Source of the DNA: Candidatus Poribacteria bacterium
GTDB taxonomy: Bacteria > Poribacteria > WGA-4E > PCPOR2b
DNA length: 64,000 nt
Direction of reading: 5' to 3'
NCBI GenBank assembly: GCA_965215015.1
Contig: OZ244042.1
Span: 4,416,001-4,480,000, forward strand
Part shown: positions 62,087-64,000 of the stretch, piece after piece
How the letters are laid out: every line of letters starts with the position of its first letter
Position numbering within the stretch: the stretch's first letter is position 1
Program-made: the position numbers and the translations under genes
Notes under the pieces: generated by a model
Told to the model about the DNA's origin: nothing
The model's database searches: none
Seen by the model: only the letters and a program-made list of their open reading frames with translations

Positions 62087-63196
62087 ATGTCAACCTATCG
62101 TGCCGCAGTGATCGGCCTGGGCAGAATGGGCAGCGCCTTTGACGATGAGATTACGCAGGGGGGTTCGCTTTTCCTGCCCTATTGCCATGGACCAAGCTAT
62201 AACGCAGCACCCAATGTCGAACTGGTCGCCGGTGCAGACCTCCACGAGGAGCAGGCAGCTATCTTCGGGGAACGTTGGGGTATCAATTCTGACCATCTGT
62301 ATAGTGATTATCGAGAGATGTTGGCGGAAGAACAGTTAGATCTGGTCAGCGTATGCACAACGGCACGTGTCCGCGCAGCTATCGTGCAGGACGTCGCTCG
62401 TGCGGGGGTTAAAGCCATCTGGGCGGAAAAGCCGATTGCCTTGACCCTAGAGGAAGCGGATACGATGGTGAACGTCTGTCGAGAAAATGGTGTCGCGTTG
62501 GCCGTCAACTGTGCTCGCCGTTGGAATCCGTTTTTCAGTGAAGCCCGACGACTCATCGACGCCGGTGAACTCGGCGAGCTTTTACAGGTGACTGTTTACG
62601 CGCAATGCGGCTTGTCCCATAACGGTAGCCATGCCATCGATATTTTGCGCTATATGGCTGGTGGAAATGTCGAATGGGTGTTTGGAGAGATGGAATCGGA
62701 TGAAGCCGCTGCCGGTGAAAATGACCTGATGGGCAATGGATACCTCGCTTTTGATAATGGGGTGCGTGCTTATCTTAGAAGCATGTCTTGTGGTGCTGCA
62801 TCTTGGGAGGTCGATGTGATAGGCACAGAGGGGCGTATCCGTTCCTTAAACAATGCAGAGGAGTTTGAACTTATCCACACCGTCCCCGGTGGGCGTCGGG
62901 GGCGCGGCAGACCGGCAAAGGTTCCATTTCCTTGGCCCGTACGGATGCAGGGCATGGGCTTGACAATCGTTGCGGACCTGATTAACGCAGCTGAAACAGG
63001 GCAGCCACCCAAATGTTCAGGGGATGATGGACGCGCGGCGTTGGAAACCGCGGTGGGGTTACGAGAGTCGCATCGGCGCGGTGGGGCCAAGGTCAACCTT
63101 CCGTTAGCAGACCGCAGCCTAGGCATTCAATCTATAGAGATTGCCAACGATGACGTGCCCGCACGGATTCGACGGTTGCAACTGGAACGTTCCTAG
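62087..63196 (+). CDS. Gfo/Idh/MocA family oxidoreductase
   Basis: IGLGRMG, EKP, HNGSH. Confidence 0.88.
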   Translation: MSTYRAAVIGLGRMGSAFDDEITQGGSLFLPYCHGPSYNAAPNVELVAGADLHEEQAAIFGERWGINSDHLYSDYREMLAEEQLDLVSVCTTARVRAAIVQDVARAGVKAIWAEKPIALTLEEADTMVNVCRENGVALAVNCARRWNPFFSEARRLIDAGELGELLQVTVYAQCGLSHNGSHAIDILRYMAGGNVEWVFGEMESDEAAAGENDLMGNGYLAFDNGVRAYLRSMSCGAASWEVDVIGTEGRIRSLNNAEEFELIHTVPGGRRGRGRPAKVPFPWPVRMQGMGLTIVADLINAAETGQPPKCSGDDGRAALETAVGLRESHRRGGAKVNLPLADRSLGIQSIEIANDDVPARIRRLQLERS

Positions 63197-63211
63197 GTAT
63201 TCGGACGTAGG

Positions 63212-63544
63212 TAGGAGTTACGTGCTTCAGTGTGTAGTCGCGCGTTCATTGCGCGTCGGATGCCAATACCCTTGTGCTAAAGCGGACGCCCGACACTGTT
63301 GCATAATGTGCCGGGAGTGAGACATGACTGTCGCGCAACATACTTGGTATTTTCAATTCACCAGATACAGTTTCGTGATATTCCGGGCACTCGATAAATC
63401 GCCCGACTACAAACCGAAGACCCTACTGTAGTTGCCCGATTCATCGGGTGCTGGAAATTGTGACCTGCGACGATGAATCGCCGAACTATCTCCCTGATAA
63501 GGGAGGCAGGGAGTGGCTTTGAGCGTTTAACTGCATAAGTCCTA
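63212..63544 (+). mobile_element. MITE-like element, family A
   Basis: TAGGAGTTACG ... TTGAGCGTTTAACTGCATAAGTCCTA. Confidence 0.72.
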
Positions 63545-63649
63545 AATAACTCAAACCCGATAAAAACATGGGGGTCAGCTGCAAGTTGAAATCTGTAAAA
63601 GGAAGCGGCACTCCAATTCACCGAATTTTGTTCTGAGCGGCACCGGCAG

Positions 63650-63892
63650 TGGATTCCGTATCACCTTGCCCATAACGCTGATGTACAGATTTTGATCTAT
63701 GACACAAAGAGGGGGTTGGTACGTCGGTTAGATTTGGGGCATCAGAAGACAGGAGATTATACAGATCGGAATCGATCTGTGTATTAGGACGGGCGTAACA
63801 AGCACGGGGAATCGGTGTCGAGTGGAGTGTGCTTCTACACACTGACGACCGATGACTACACTGAACCCCGTAGGATGCTGACTCTGAGGTAG
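63650..63892 (+). pseudogene. Orphan relic of a FlgD-Ig/T9SS-like C-terminal domain
   Basis: WIPYHLAHNADVQILIYD...VY*DGRNKHGESVSSGVCFYTL...RRML; conserved Trp replaced by TAG at 63785; no N-terminal part. Confidence 0.8.
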
Positions 63893-63935
63893 TGGCAGGC
63901 TCGCGTGTCTGTCACTCCTATAAGGAGAAATACTG

Positions 63936-64000
63936 ATGAAAATTACGCAAGTTGATCTTTACGAGGTAGAAATCCCTCCAATTCCACCAATTGCTAAACA
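63936..64000 (+). CDS. Partial CDS, probably enolase superfamily (mandelate racemase/muconate lactonizing) enzyme
   Basis: AAGGAG RBS; MKITQVDLYEVEIP; runs off the window edge. Confidence 0.5.
   Translation, partial: MKITQVDLYEVEIPPIPPIAK

Noticed and set aside
63785-63787. TAG recoding suggested by in-frame ambers (5747, ~11979, 63785)
   Set aside because: Each occurs with frameshifts, truncation or decay, and many intact genes here use TAG as a normal stop

Overview
64 kb of bacterial chromosome at about 50% GC, most likely Candidatus Poribacteria. This assignment is inferred from the secreted proteins ending in a 'K-L-x-T-x-W-G-x-[LI]-K' tail, the FlgD/T9SS-like 'NFPNPFNPETWIPY' domains, the PhyH and Gfo/Idh/MocA expansions and the tandem DUF6785-type transporters. 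Most of the window is housekeeping or catabolic genes: mutS, hisA, bioB, hinT, class I aldolase, prenyltransferase, GGT, MATE, an nfeD-nfeD-floA-floA operon and many oxidoreductases. There is also a 6.5-kb block of secreted beta-propeller/beta-sandwich proteins. No rRNA, tRNA, CRISPR array or intact transposase was seen. The most notable signals are: (1) a DUF2089 HTH gene co-transcribed with an HTH-less sigma54 AAA+ activator, both carrying the same SHOCT-like module, a candidate split enhancer-binding system; (2) a perfect 13-8-13 loxP-like site just upstream of a decayed Cre-like recombinase, inside a 1-kb segment bounded by inverted repeats; (3) a shared C-terminal sorting motif, linked in one paralog to a decaying T9SS-like domain; (4) a ~160-nt promoter- and terminator-bounded structured RNA candidate upstream of bioB; and (5) several families of MITE/REP-like repeats filling intergenic space, one of them strictly co-oriented.
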